This document shows positions 22,001 through 30,589 of a DNA stretch of 64,000 nucleotides, in pieces. The notes under the pieces are model-generated. The model searched no databases, was not told where the DNA came from, and was given only the letters and a program-made list of their open reading frames with translations. Location: contig JBMNFJ010000016.1 in assembly GCA_050949255.1 (NCBI GenBank), positions 140,665 through 204,664 on the forward strand, written 5' to 3'. This DNA is from Caldicoprobacterales bacterium. Its GTDB lineage: Bacteria; Bacillota; Clostridia; Caldicoprobacterales; UBA3941. Both the position numbers and the translations under genes were made by a program. Every line of letters starts with the position of its first letter. The stretch's first letter is position 1.

Positions 22001-22183
22001 GGCTTTGGAGCATTGGATACCGTATCCTTGGAGCAGGCAATACAGACCCTGGTAGGATTGACGGAAGGAAACCGGCTTGTAGGAATTATCTCCCATGTAA
22101 GCGAGTTGAAGGAAAGAATTGACCGGCAGATAGTGATTAAAAAGACCCCAAGGGGGAGCACCCTTAGTATCATAGGTGTTTAG
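19040..22183 (+). CDS. sbcC: Exonuclease SbcC (Rad50-like SMC ATPase)
   Basis: Walker A GDTGSGKTT, a long coiled coil with the zinc hook CPVCG, the signature LSGGE and Walker B LFIDEGFG. Confidence 0.9.
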   Translation: MKPIKLVMSAFCSYADRIELDMTAFKGRGLFLITGDTGSGKTTIFDAIAFALFGEASGSTRGVETLRSDFAKPDTETYVEFTFLHRDKQYTVTRNPRYERLKRSGQGLTTESANATLELPSGDIITGLNNVTAKIESTLGINYRQFKQIAMIAQGEFLQLLLANTKERGEIFRRVFNTDLYQIAQSLLKERERETKKRCDGIEQSILQYISGISTSESEIGQKLTDRISNASIHTAEDILVGLRELISEDTSSRNDLKRKSDELEQKLAGQIARITEGQYINQFFQDLRVAEQREKALAANREKHSKEKEELEMAEKALYTILPLETAYRREKKTKEGLEENIAKLVQVIEVQDKELQLTSKNYKAEMDKEPLREKLTSSIDGLRKLLPVYGKAEDLEKDIKALSVRYKRLSDELEKLKLKKKGLIENREALAAELEQLGDIEIRLSNCQQEIKQLETVLDQLVELQNQLAKYKALKAESNRLQKLFKKTQDEHTAINMDYLDKETAFFREQAGIMAGTLEEGKPCPVCGSTTHPNKAVPTADAPSEEELKSLKEKVDISREDMERASNQSATKLTEEKLAKEQLLKAAEVHFPKLEEDLQEEALKSLIESALDQNNEKKKELDDRYLKLKEQLARKSEATKQLKLLEESLKDCEELMDKQEEERNNINAAVASMEGELRTLKSSLEYESHQQAEMTIKEWESQLDKLKTTFNKAEQAYHKAKNELDSNRTLLKDYQERLSETEKAKNDAWKAYTEGIIKCGFRDDVDYHEALKTESEIRALKKSIDEYTREVLAVEQDLKRFREETKGKEEQDLEGLKAIQKELEEAKSQVGKSIQVLVTRLETNKSILTALEKAITKAISYQKEYLLLGKLSRTANGELAGKQKLAFEQYVQASYFNRILIESNKRLRVMTNNRYELLRREDATDLRSKGLEIDVLDHYTGRVRSVKSLSGGESFKASLSLALGLSDVIQSYAGGVEIDTLFIDEGFGALDTVSLEQAIQTLVGLTEGNRLVGIISHVSELKERIDRQIVIKKTPRGSTLSIIGV

Positions 22184-22202
22184 CCTCTCCGCGTTTTAGA
22201 AT

Positions 22203-22252
22203 AAAAGGGGACGGTTCTCATGTGCACTGCACACTGGAACCATCCCTTTTTG
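22203..22252. terminator. Bidirectional terminator between convergent sbcC and the blaR1-like gene
   Basis: AAAAGGG...GGTTC (22203-22217) pairs with GGAACC...CCCTTTT (22236-22250). There are A/T runs on both sides. Confidence 0.6.
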
Positions 22253-22289
22253 TTCTAGGCGTTTATTTTCGGCTGTTGTCTCCCAACAA

Positions 22290-23867
22290 TTATTTATCAA
22301 CTGGATCGTACCCAACAACGGTCCATATTCCGTCATCATCCTGTCTAACCAACCTTTTTAGAAATACCTTTGCTATGGGTGTTTTCTCTCCACCTATCTC
22401 TACAATAGTCACTTCGTTAGTCTCATAGACAATTTTCATATCCTCGGTGTCTACGGGAAAATCACCTTGGATGCCGTCTGGCGATATTTGAAGTCCTACA
22501 AAGGTTTGAACTACGGCAAGGGGGCTTAACTGCCATGGTGAATGCCCTTCATCCACTTGTTTCTGATCCCTTTTTACGACCTCCATATCTACTTCAACCA
22601 ATACCTGAGGTTTTTGTGGCAAACTATTATCTGTATCTGCTATTTCCTGGGCTTCATCCATTTTGGAAGATTCTACATCTTCAACGGAGGTATCCCGATT
22701 TTCTTCCATCTGGTTTTCTTGGACTAATGTCACGTCATCGTTATCTTTCGTTGATAGGGGAGGTTTGCCTAAATCTTTAGCTCTGGTCAAACCATTGGTC
22801 AAACCGATTCCACCAATCAAAATGATTGTAGCTACTGCAATTATTGTCCATCTAAACGGTATCTTATTAAACTTCTTAATCATGATTATCCTCCTCTTAA
22901 GATCTGATTTATTCGTAGCCAACCCGATAGCTCCGGGATTCCAATAGGGCTTTGACAAAATTTCTAATAAACTAATTATAGTTTTTCCATAATCCTTACG
23001 TTTTTCCGGTTCAAGATAAGCCAATACATGGGCATCGCAGGCAATTTCACAGTCACTTCGCATCTTTCGAAAGGCATACCACACTACTGGATTAAACCAA
23101 TGCAAAGCCTGTATTATTACAATAATCCAATTTATTAATATATCCCTTCGTCTTAAGTGCACCATTTCGTGAAGAAATACATATTCAAGCTCTTCAGGTG
23201 ACAGTTCCTCCGCCAGATGATGCGATATTAGGATCTTTGGCTTAAAAAATCCGAAGAGGGAAGGGGCTGTTGCCTGAGGACTGTATACAATCCGGGGTAG
23301 CCTTTTGGTCCTTGTCCCTTTTCCTAAGCGCTCCAGAATCCCCACCATGTTATCCTCTACGCATTCAGGCATATTATTGATCTTGTAAAGCAGGATAGAA
23401 TATATTCCAAGATTATAGAGGAGTACCACAAGTACACCTACAGCCCAAATACCTTTGGCGGCGTTAATCCAAAATGGTGCTTGGAAAAAGTTATTTAGAT
23501 TATCGATGGTATCGGCTTTATTCTCCAGGCCTCCATGCAACGCTTGTCTGGCATCATCTTCTCTCTGGGGGGCCTGTCCTCCATCGTCAATGTTTGATAA
23601 GTTAAGGTTATGGCCTACATCAAACTGAGGTTTTGTATATATCTCTATATTTTCTATTACCTGTGGAACCAAATTAAAAATGCTAAAGGATGTTTCAGGG
23701 GCGTGGGGGATAACTAGTCTAACTATAAGTAAGAACCAGATATAATAGTGGAAGGCGGCATTGAACTTGTCCTTTAGCAACGCCTTTATAAGGATTATAA
23801 TCCCAGCCACAACACTTCCCATAAGGGACATAGCGATTACTGATTGAAATAGTTTATGTAGGCTCAA
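22290..23867 (-). CDS. BlaR1/MecR1-family M56 peptidase signal transducer with a short non-PBP C-terminal domain
   Basis: N-terminal TM segments, the zinc-peptidase motif FLHEMVHLRRRD, a further TM segment, then about 170 aa consisting of an acidic linker plus a small domain. Confidence 0.85.
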   Translation of the reverse strand: MSLHKLFQSVIAMSLMGSVVAGIIILIKALLKDKFNAAFHYYIWFLLIVRLVIPHAPETSFSIFNLVPQVIENIEIYTKPQFDVGHNLNLSNIDDGGQAPQREDDARQALHGGLENKADTIDNLNNFFQAPFWINAAKGIWAVGVLVVLLYNLGIYSILLYKINNMPECVEDNMVGILERLGKGTRTKRLPRIVYSPQATAPSLFGFFKPKILISHHLAEELSPEELEYVFLHEMVHLRRRDILINWIIVIIQALHWFNPVVWYAFRKMRSDCEIACDAHVLAYLEPEKRKDYGKTIISLLEILSKPYWNPGAIGLATNKSDLKRRIIMIKKFNKIPFRWTIIAVATIILIGGIGLTNGLTRAKDLGKPPLSTKDNDDVTLVQENQMEENRDTSVEDVESSKMDEAQEIADTDNSLPQKPQVLVEVDMEVVKRDQKQVDEGHSPWQLSPLAVVQTFVGLQISPDGIQGDFPVDTEDMKIVYETNEVTIVEIGGEKTPIAKVFLKRLVRQDDDGIWTVVGYDPVDK

Positions 23868-23895
23868 ACCTTGTCACCTCCTAAAAATTCCTGGC

Positions 23896-24258
23896 CTAAT
23901 CTAGTATGCGTCTTAATTCTTCAATCTCTTCCCGTGACAGTTCTTCACTGTCAACGAAACTAACCAATAACTTTTTTATAGAACCATCGAAGATTTTTTC
24001 TAAAAAGAATTTGGTTTCTTCCCTTATGCATTCTTCTTGAGATACCCGTGGGTAGTATGCATATGGCGTGGCACTCTTATCAACATTCAGGGCTCCTTTG
24101 TCAGCAAGGCGGCCAAGCAAGGTATGAATGGTCTTGGGGCTCCAGGTGGTATAGTTTTGCAATTCATTGATAACTTGACTGGCATTTAAAGGAGATTCCT
24201 TCCATAGAACCTTCATAACTTGCCATTCTGCATCAGAAATTTTGGGCAACTCTCTCAT
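23896..24258 (-). CDS. BlaI/MecI/CopY-family transcriptional repressor
   Basis: MRELPKISDAEWQVMKVLW... is a winged-helix penicillinase-repressor fold. SD GAAGGTGA lies upstream of ATG 24258. The track start 24267 is a GTG inside the SD. Confidence 0.9.
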   Translation of the reverse strand: MRELPKISDAEWQVMKVLWKESPLNASQVINELQNYTTWSPKTIHTLLGRLADKGALNVDKSATPYAYYPRVSQEECIREETKFFLEKIFDGSIKKLLVSFVDSEELSREEIEELRRILD

Positions 24259-24274
24259 AATTATCACCTTCTTC

Positions 24275-24326
24275 CTACAACTGTAGTCTGCAAGTACATA
24301 TTACATCTGTAGTCTCGATATGTCAA
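24275..24326 (-). promoter_or_regulatory. Autoregulated blaI-blaR1 promoter with two TACA/TGTA dyad operators
   Basis: On the minus strand the promoter reads TTGACA (24321-24326), 17 nt, TAATAT (24298-24303). Dyads CTACAACTGTAG (24275-24286) and TACATCTGTAG (24302-24312) each carry the repeat CTGTAGTCT (24281-24289 and 24307-24315). Confidence 0.7.
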
Positions 24327-24408
24327 GCCCTATTTTCTAATAATTCCATTTGCCAGAGTCCAATAATTCATGCTATATTCATATTAAGCAAATAAATTGG
24401 AGGTACAT

Positions 24409-24912
24409 ATGATTATAGAATACAATGGGCATAGACCAAACATACATGAAAGCTGCTTCGTAGCAGAAAACGCGACCCTTATCGGGCAGGTTACCCTAAG
24501 GAAGAATGTCAACATATGGTATGGAGCAGTACTCCGTGGAGATGACCACTATATCTCCATCGGTGAAAACACCAATATACAGGATAATTGCGTCATTCAT
24601 ATCGATCATGATCTTCCCACCATAATTGGGGACTTTGTAACCGTAGGTCACGGTGCCATAGTACACGCTTGCAAGGTTGGAAACAATGTACTGATTGGTA
24701 TGGGAGCAATAGTGCTAAACGGTGCAGAGATAGGGGATAACGTGATAATTGCAGCGGGCTCTCTGGTGCCTCCGGGCAAGAAGATACCTTCAAATACTTT
24801 AGTTATGGGATCCCCGGCTAAAGTCACCCGGGAATTGACTGAGAAGGATATATCGGATATAAGGGATTCTGCAATATATTATGCTGAATTGGCTAACAAA
24901 TACAGGAAATAA
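24409..24912 (+). CDS. Gamma-carbonic-anhydrase-like hexapeptide-repeat protein (YrdA/PaaY family)
   Basis: Left-handed beta-helix hexapeptide repeats (IGDNVIIAAGSLV etc.). GGAGG lies upstream of ATG 24409. Confidence 0.8.
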   Translation: MIIEYNGHRPNIHESCFVAENATLIGQVTLRKNVNIWYGAVLRGDDHYISIGENTNIQDNCVIHIDHDLPTIIGDFVTVGHGAIVHACKVGNNVLIGMGAIVLNGAEIGDNVIIAAGSLVPPGKKIPSNTLVMGSPAKVTRELTEKDISDIRDSAIYYAELANKYRK

Positions 24913-24943
24913 TCGCCCTGAGCTGCCATATTCCCAAAAAACC

Positions 24944-24972
24944 TTGTAATTTCATAGGACTATTAGTATAAT
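24944..24972 (+). promoter_or_regulatory. Sigma-A-type promoter of the ABC-F leader
   Basis: TTGTAA (24944-24949), a 17-nt spacer, then TATAAT (24967-24972). Confidence 0.6.
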
Positions 24973-25003
24973 AATAGCATAACAGAAAATTTTGAGGTGC
25001 GAA

Positions 25004-25027
25004 ATGAGGAAAGTGTTCTTTAGCTGA
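25004..25027 (+). promoter_or_regulatory. Candidate leader peptide uORF (MRKVFFS*)
   Basis: GAGGTG SD sits 4 nt upstream of ATG 25004. The uORF has seven codons plus TGA. Codons 4-7 (GTGTTCTTTA, 25013-25022) are perfectly complementary to TAAAGAACAC at 25100-25109. Confidence 0.35.
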
Positions 25028-25172
25028 TAAAATCGAATAATTCCTTGAAAGAATGCAATTACCTTGGTATAGGTGTGCTCTTTTTTAGGAAATGCCGGTT
25101 AAAGAACACAAAGAGCTAAATAGGATTAGCCTATAACTTTTTTGTATTTCCATTTATTTATATTGGTTATTT

Positions 25173-25216
25173 AAACTACAGCATGGCTTTATGTGTTTGC
25201 TGTAGTTTTTTGTTTT
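25173..25216 (+). terminator. Intrinsic terminator within the ABC-F leader (candidate attenuator)
   Basis: AAACTACAGCA (25173-25183) pairs with TGCTGTAGTTT (25198-25208). The U-run continues as TTTTTTGTTTT. Confidence 0.75.
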
Positions 25217-25432
25217 AGTATGGGCTATTAAGTGTTAAAGCCTTCTACTGTCATTTCCTGAATTCAACTATTTTTAGGATAGATACCTTACCTTGGGGTT
25301 TAAACTCTCTAAACATTTTTCTTGATTCAATTCTATGTAAATTGCATTCTTTATAGCATAAAAACAGGGAGCTTGGTCTCTTTTAAAGAAAAGATCTAAT
25401 TCGTAATATGTAGAATATAGGGAGATGATCTA

Positions 25433-27190
25433 ATGAATTTAAGCTTTAACAATCTTTCCAAGGGATACGACGGTAAGATGATTTTTGAAAATATAAGCGG
25501 ACAAATAGATGATGGGGACAGAATAGGCCTTATTGGTGCTAATGGTGTAGGTAAGACGACCCTGGTAAACATATTAACAGGTAGGGAAGAAAGAGATTCC
25601 GGGGAAATTAGATATACGCCCTCCTATATAAACATCCTGTATATAGAACAATATCCCAAATTCGAAAGGGGTATAACCGTATACCAGGATATTATAGGCT
25701 TCCTATCCAGGTCAAAGGATTATCAGGATGACTTTAGGGATATGGAAAAAATAGGTGCCATGGCAAGGACAGCATTAAACAAGGTAGGGCTAGGTAGGGA
25801 AAAATGGGATCAGGATGTGGAAAACCTTAGTGGAGGAGAAAAAACCAAGCTGATACTGTCCAGGATGCTTGTAACCAAATTTGATTTTCTTATATTGGAT
25901 GAACCAACCAACCACCTGGATATAGATACCTCCGACTGGTTGGAAGATTTTATTAAAGGCCTGGATAAACCCATGATTATAATATCCCACGATCGCTTTT
26001 TCCTGGATAATACGGTAAACAGGATATGGGAATTGGCTGACCAGGGGCTAAAGGCATATGAAGGCAACTACAGCAGCTACAGAGATCAGGAGGATATCCG
26101 GCTAAAACATATAGAAAGGGAATATGAAAAACAGCAAACCAGAATCCAGGAATTAAGGGAAATGATAAGCGATAGGGAGAATTGGTATAGAAGTGCCCAC
26201 AAATCCGCGGGTCAAAATGATTATCTTAGATCAAGGGCCAAAAAGCATGCCAGTTCATTGAAAGCTAAGAGGAGCCAACTGGAACGGTTGGAAGAAGAAA
26301 AGATAGAAAAGCCTCGAAAGCAGCTGTCTCCAGCTTTCGAGATCATAAATAAGAATATAATAGGCAGGAAATTTCCCCGATTCCTTATCAGGGGAAAAAA
26401 CATAAGCAAGAGCTTTGGTCAGAACCAAGTTTTGGACAATATATCCTTTAATGTAGAAAGAAAGGACAAAATAGCGGTGATTGGAGCCAACGGCTCTGGG
26501 AAAACCACTTTTTTAAAGACACTGTGTGGTATCCATGATGATTACGTAGGTACCCTGCAGATAAGTCCGTCGGTTAATATGGGCTATTTTTCTCAGGAAC
26601 TTGAAAATCTAAACTATGGGGCTACAATACTTGAGGACGTATTAACGGTGGGCGGTTCTGTTGGTGATGTTAGACTTCTTTTGGCATGCCTTCTTTTCAG
26701 GGGAGATGATGTATTCAAAAGGGTAGGGGATTTAAGTATGGGCGAAAAGGGTAGGGTAGCCTTCGCGAAACTCATCCTATCCGATGCCAACCTATTGGTC
26801 CTGGACGAACCTACGAACTATATGGATATTCAGTCCAGGGAAAAGGTGGAGGAAGCCTTAGAGCAGTTTGAGGGTACCATTATATTTGTTTCCCATGACA
26901 GATATTTTGTTAAGAGGCTGGCTAATAGGATTTTTGTCATTGAGGACAAAAGGCTTCGCTGCTTTGATAGCAACTACGAGGTCTATCTGGCAAGGACTAG
27001 CACTGTCGAATCCCAAGGGACCAAGGAAGATGGACAGAGACAGATGAAAGAGGATATTATGAAACTGGAAACGGAACTGGCATATTTAGGAGGTAAGCTG
27101 GACGGGACACTGGATGAGGAAGAGAAGGAAGAATTAAGCAAAAGGTATCTCCAATTGGCCAGGGAATTAAACAGGATGAAGGGTTTATAA
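25433..27190 (+). CDS. ABC-F family ATPase (two NBDs, long inter-domain linker, C-terminal coiled-coil extension), candidate ribosome-protection type
   Basis: Two Walker A motifs (GANGVGKTT, GANGSGKTT), two signature motifs (LSGGEK, LSMGEK) and no TM domain. A basic linker of about 90 aa (residues about 210-300) joins the two NBDs. Confidence 0.9.
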   Translation: MNLSFNNLSKGYDGKMIFENISGQIDDGDRIGLIGANGVGKTTLVNILTGREERDSGEIRYTPSYINILYIEQYPKFERGITVYQDIIGFLSRSKDYQDDFRDMEKIGAMARTALNKVGLGREKWDQDVENLSGGEKTKLILSRMLVTKFDFLILDEPTNHLDIDTSDWLEDFIKGLDKPMIIISHDRFFLDNTVNRIWELADQGLKAYEGNYSSYRDQEDIRLKHIEREYEKQQTRIQELREMISDRENWYRSAHKSAGQNDYLRSRAKKHASSLKAKRSQLERLEEEKIEKPRKQLSPAFEIINKNIIGRKFPRFLIRGKNISKSFGQNQVLDNISFNVERKDKIAVIGANGSGKTTFLKTLCGIHDDYVGTLQISPSVNMGYFSQELENLNYGATILEDVLTVGGSVGDVRLLLACLLFRGDDVFKRVGDLSMGEKGRVAFAKLILSDANLLVLDEPTNYMDIQSREKVEEALEQFEGTIIFVSHDRYFVKRLANRIFVIEDKRLRCFDSNYEVYLARTSTVESQGTKEDGQRQMKEDIMKLETELAYLGGKLDGTLDEEEKEELSKRYLQLARELNRMKGL

Positions 27191-27365
27191 ATTGTTTAGA
27201 CAATATTATCCTCTGGTGCTATACTGATATTGTAGAAGTTTATTAATCGATTGCTTATATAAGCTAGACTATCATTTTTCATGTCCTTTACAAACTTACA
27301 TAGAAGGGTTATTTAATGAAAAAACAAGCAATCGAAATACCGTTTTTACAGAGGAGAAGATTAGT

Positions 27366-28727
27366 ATGAACCTTTCAGAATTGCCTATAGGTGAATTGTT
27401 AAATCTCCGTGGATTTGATTGTAGCTGCGGTAAAAAACATAAAACCGCACTCTCCCATCTTGAGATTGGCCCTGGTGCTTTGGATAACTTATTCTTTGTA
27501 TTAGAAAAATATCAAGTAAAAAAGCCCTTTATAATATGTGATAAAAATACTCTTAAAGCTGCCGGAGAGATAGTATATGATATGTTAAACAGGAAAGGCA
27601 TGGACTATGAATCCTATGTTTTTCCCCAGGATGAAGTTGAACCTGACGAATACTCTGTTGGTCAGATAATCATGTCCTTTGATCCCTCCTGCGATTTTAT
27701 AATAGCTGTAGGCAGCGGGGTTATTAATGATATTGCAAAGATCATTGCAAAGGCCTCAAGCCGTGACTATCTCTTAATTGCAACAGCACCATCTATGGAT
27801 GGGTTTGCATCGAATTCTTCCTCTATGATACAAAATGGTGTGAAGGTTACAATCTATACGGTATGCCCTGTAGCTATAATCGCAGATATAGACATCATGA
27901 AAGAGGCACCTATGCTCATGATTCAAGCGGGTTTAGGCGATATGGTAGCTAAGTATGTCAGTATATGCGAATGGAGAATATCTAATATCATAACGGGTGA
28001 GTACTATTGTCCGCAGGTTGCAGGTCTTATGAGAGCAGCATTGGAAAAGTGTGTTAATACAGCCTCCAGCTTGATGGATAGGGATCCCCAAGGTATTTTA
28101 AGTTTGACAGAAGGGTTGATACTTTCAGGAATAGCCATGAGTTTTGCAGAAGTTTCGCGGCCTGCATCCGGTCTTGAGCATTATTTTTCCCATATATTCG
28201 ATATGAGCAAGTTGGAAAAGGGAACACCCGGTTCACTACATGGCATACAGGTAGGTATCGGTACGGTTCTCACCTTGCTAGTATATGATAAGATGCGATT
28301 TATAAAACCTGATAGGGATAGAGCAATTGCCCATGTAGAGGCATTTGATTATAAACAATGGGAAAGCAGAATGAAGCGAATATTTGGTAAGAATGCAGAG
28401 GCCCTTATTGAATTGGAAGGGAAAGAAGGTAAGAACGATAAGGATAATCATTCAAAAAGGCTGGAAGCTATACTTGGGAATTGGAGCAAGATAAAGGAGA
28501 TAATAGAACAGGAGCTTCCTTCCTCCAAGTATGTAGAGAACCTTTTAAAGGATATTGGTGCACCGATCAGACCAAGGGATATTGGTATCAAGGATGATCT
28601 TACTAAAGATGCATTTTTGGGCTCCAGAGAAGTGCGGGATAAATATATAGCCACCAGCCTATTGTGGGATTTAGGCCTCTTGGATCAATATGCTGAAGAA
28701 CTGGTTAGGGAGATAAGGACTATATAA
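27366..28727 (+). CDS. sn-Glycerol-1-phosphate dehydrogenase-like (AraM/EgsA, Fe-ADH_2 superfamily) enzyme
   Basis: The dehydroquinate-synthase-like/Fe-ADH fold is suggested by GSGVINDIAK, PSMDGFASN and the His-rich metal site (GLEHYFSH ... LHGIQVG). At 453 aa it is longer than AraM. Confidence 0.6.
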   Translation: MNLSELPIGELLNLRGFDCSCGKKHKTALSHLEIGPGALDNLFFVLEKYQVKKPFIICDKNTLKAAGEIVYDMLNRKGMDYESYVFPQDEVEPDEYSVGQIIMSFDPSCDFIIAVGSGVINDIAKIIAKASSRDYLLIATAPSMDGFASNSSSMIQNGVKVTIYTVCPVAIIADIDIMKEAPMLMIQAGLGDMVAKYVSICEWRISNIITGEYYCPQVAGLMRAALEKCVNTASSLMDRDPQGILSLTEGLILSGIAMSFAEVSRPASGLEHYFSHIFDMSKLEKGTPGSLHGIQVGIGTVLTLLVYDKMRFIKPDRDRAIAHVEAFDYKQWESRMKRIFGKNAEALIELEGKEGKNDKDNHSKRLEAILGNWSKIKEIIEQELPSSKYVENLLKDIGAPIRPRDIGIKDDLTKDAFLGSREVRDKYIATSLLWDLGLLDQYAEELVREIRTI

Positions 28728-28867
28728 CAAGATCACCTGCCGATAAATGAAATAGTAGATCTTTAAACCTTAAGTTTTCACCCCGAATCGTCGATATAAT
28801 AGGTAAGATAAGTAGTTAAGATTTTAATTAATACCTGATAAAATCAGGGTATAGGGGTGAAAATTTA

Positions 28868-29449
28868 ATGAATGTTAAATTTAATCAATCATATATTTTA
28901 AGGTCAACTATTCCACAAATACAGAATACAGTAAAGGATAAACAAGACCTGGACAAGGGAAAATCCAATGACATTAATCGTGAAATAGTGGATGAATATA
29001 TACCCAGTAAAAATCAAAAAGAAGTTGTATATACAAACCATGCAAAAAGATATAATGCTGAGCTTATTGCCAGGCTAAAGAGAGAAAGCGAGGAAGCTCA
29101 CAGCCAGCTAAGGGAATTAGTAAGAAAACTTCTGGAAAGGCAGGGCTTAACCTATAGGGATGCCCTAAACCCAAAAACCCAAATAGAGGTTGATGATGCT
29201 GCCCGGCTGGAGGCCGAAAGGGCGATAGGAGATGGGGGATTATTAAGCCCCGAAAAGGTCAGCCAGCGTATAGTGGACTTTGCCATTGCCCTCTCGGGTG
29301 GGGATAGAAGTAAGATAGCCACGATTAAGGAAGCAATCGACAAGGGCTTTCGCGAGGCCGCTAAGGCATTAGGTGGGACCTTGCCGGAAATTTCCTACAA
29401 AACTTATGACCTAATAATAGAAAAATTAGACAGATGGGTAAATGAATAA
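28868..29449 (+). CDS. Hypothetical protein
   Basis: RBS GGGGTGA. 193 aa, charged and helical, with no motif I can name with confidence. Confidence 0.5.
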   Translation: MNVKFNQSYILRSTIPQIQNTVKDKQDLDKGKSNDINREIVDEYIPSKNQKEVVYTNHAKRYNAELIARLKRESEEAHSQLRELVRKLLERQGLTYRDALNPKTQIEVDDAARLEAERAIGDGGLLSPEKVSQRIVDFAIALSGGDRSKIATIKEAIDKGFREAAKALGGTLPEISYKTYDLIIEKLDRWVNE

Positions 29450-29558
29450 TAATATGAAACAGCCAATTCATAAAACTGTATAGAATGTGGTATTTACGGC
29501 ATTAGGATTGGAATAGATAATATTATGGAAGTATTAAAAGATAGGAGGTATTTAGTAT

Positions 29559-30485
29559 ATGGCCGATGAAGATTATATTTTGGTAACGGAAACGCAAAAT
29601 GAAAACAGTATGCACATTGATAAAGTGGATACTATAGACGCCCTAAGGATAATGAATAATGAGGATAAAAAGGTGGCGTATGCAGTCGAGAAGTCCCTGG
29701 ATGATATAGCGCTAGCTGTTGATAAAATCGTGGAAAGAATGCAAAAAGGCGGGAGGCTCCTATACTTTGGTGCAGGCACAAGCGGTAGATTAGCCATACT
29801 GGACGCTGCAGAATGTCCTCCTACCTTTGGTACAGACCCTGAAATGGTTCAAGGGATTATGGCAGGGGGAAAAGATGCCCTGTCCATTGCTAAAGAGGAC
29901 ATGGAAGACCATAAAACAGAAGGCATCTTGGAGGCAGAAAAAAACAGAATAACAGAGAAGGACTCAGTAATAGGCTTATCTGCAAGCGGACAAGCTCCCT
30001 ATATTATAGGGGTTGTCGAAGAAGCCAAGCGACGGGGCGCCCTTACTATATCCATAACTTGCAATGAAAAGTCGCCAATGGATGATATAGTAGATGTAAA
30101 AATAAATACAGTGGTAGGTCCTGAGGTCCTAATGGGCTCTACAAGGCTAAAAGCAGGCACAGCCCAAAAAATGATACTTAACATGATATCTACTACAGTG
30201 ATGATAAAACTCGGTAAAGTATATAAAAACTTAATGGTAGATTTAAAGCCAAAGAACAGGAAGCTTGTGGAAAGAGCTAAGAGAATCATAATGCTTGGAA
30301 CAGGAGTCTCCTATGAAGAAGCCGAAAGATATTTTGAACTTAGCAAAAGAAATCCCAAGCTTGCAATAGTAATGATAGAAACCAAGTCAGATTTTGATAG
30401 AGCACAAAAACTGCTGGAGGAGGCAGGAGGGTTTGTATCAAAGGCTATAAGTATCGCCGGGGGGACGGAGGATCTAACACGTTAA
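29559..30485 (+). CDS. murQ: N-acetylmuramic acid 6-phosphate etherase
   Basis: SIS domain with GAGTSGRLAILDAAECPPTFG and GLSASGQAPY, which are characteristic of MurQ. Confidence 0.9.
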   Translation: MADEDYILVTETQNENSMHIDKVDTIDALRIMNNEDKKVAYAVEKSLDDIALAVDKIVERMQKGGRLLYFGAGTSGRLAILDAAECPPTFGTDPEMVQGIMAGGKDALSIAKEDMEDHKTEGILEAEKNRITEKDSVIGLSASGQAPYIIGVVEEAKRRGALTISITCNEKSPMDDIVDVKINTVVGPEVLMGSTRLKAGTAQKMILNMISTTVMIKLGKVYKNLMVDLKPKNRKLVERAKRIIMLGTGVSYEEAERYFELSKRNPKLAIVMIETKSDFDRAQKLLEEAGGFVSKAISIAGGTEDLTR

Positions 30486-30589
30486 AAGAAGTAAGGCTGA
30501 AATTTTGCATTTTTAGCAAGAAAAAATATATTGAACCAGTTAGTCAAAATATAATAATTTTATAGATCAAGACAGCTCAAGGAAAAGAG

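Noticed and set aside
25061-25090. GTGCTCTTTTTT in the ABC-F leader, considered as a first terminator.
   Set aside because: No adequate upstream complementary arm immediately precedes the T-run. Its GCTCTTT more plausibly pairs downstream with AAAGAGC (25110-25116).
27316-27369. A 17-codon uORF (MKKQAIEIPFLQRRRLV*) ending in an ATGA overlap with the G1PDH-like gene start.
   Set aside because: It has a weak SD, its 3' part is simply the SD region of the main gene, and there is no alternative-structure logic around it. It is probably fortuitous and is mentioned only within a finding.
28735-28800. CCGATAA / CGATAT motifs resembling the -10 of SigD (flagellar) promoters, upstream of the hypothetical gene at 28868.
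   Set aside because: No TAAA -35 element lies at the required spacing of about 15 nt, and the downstream protein cannot be tied to motility.
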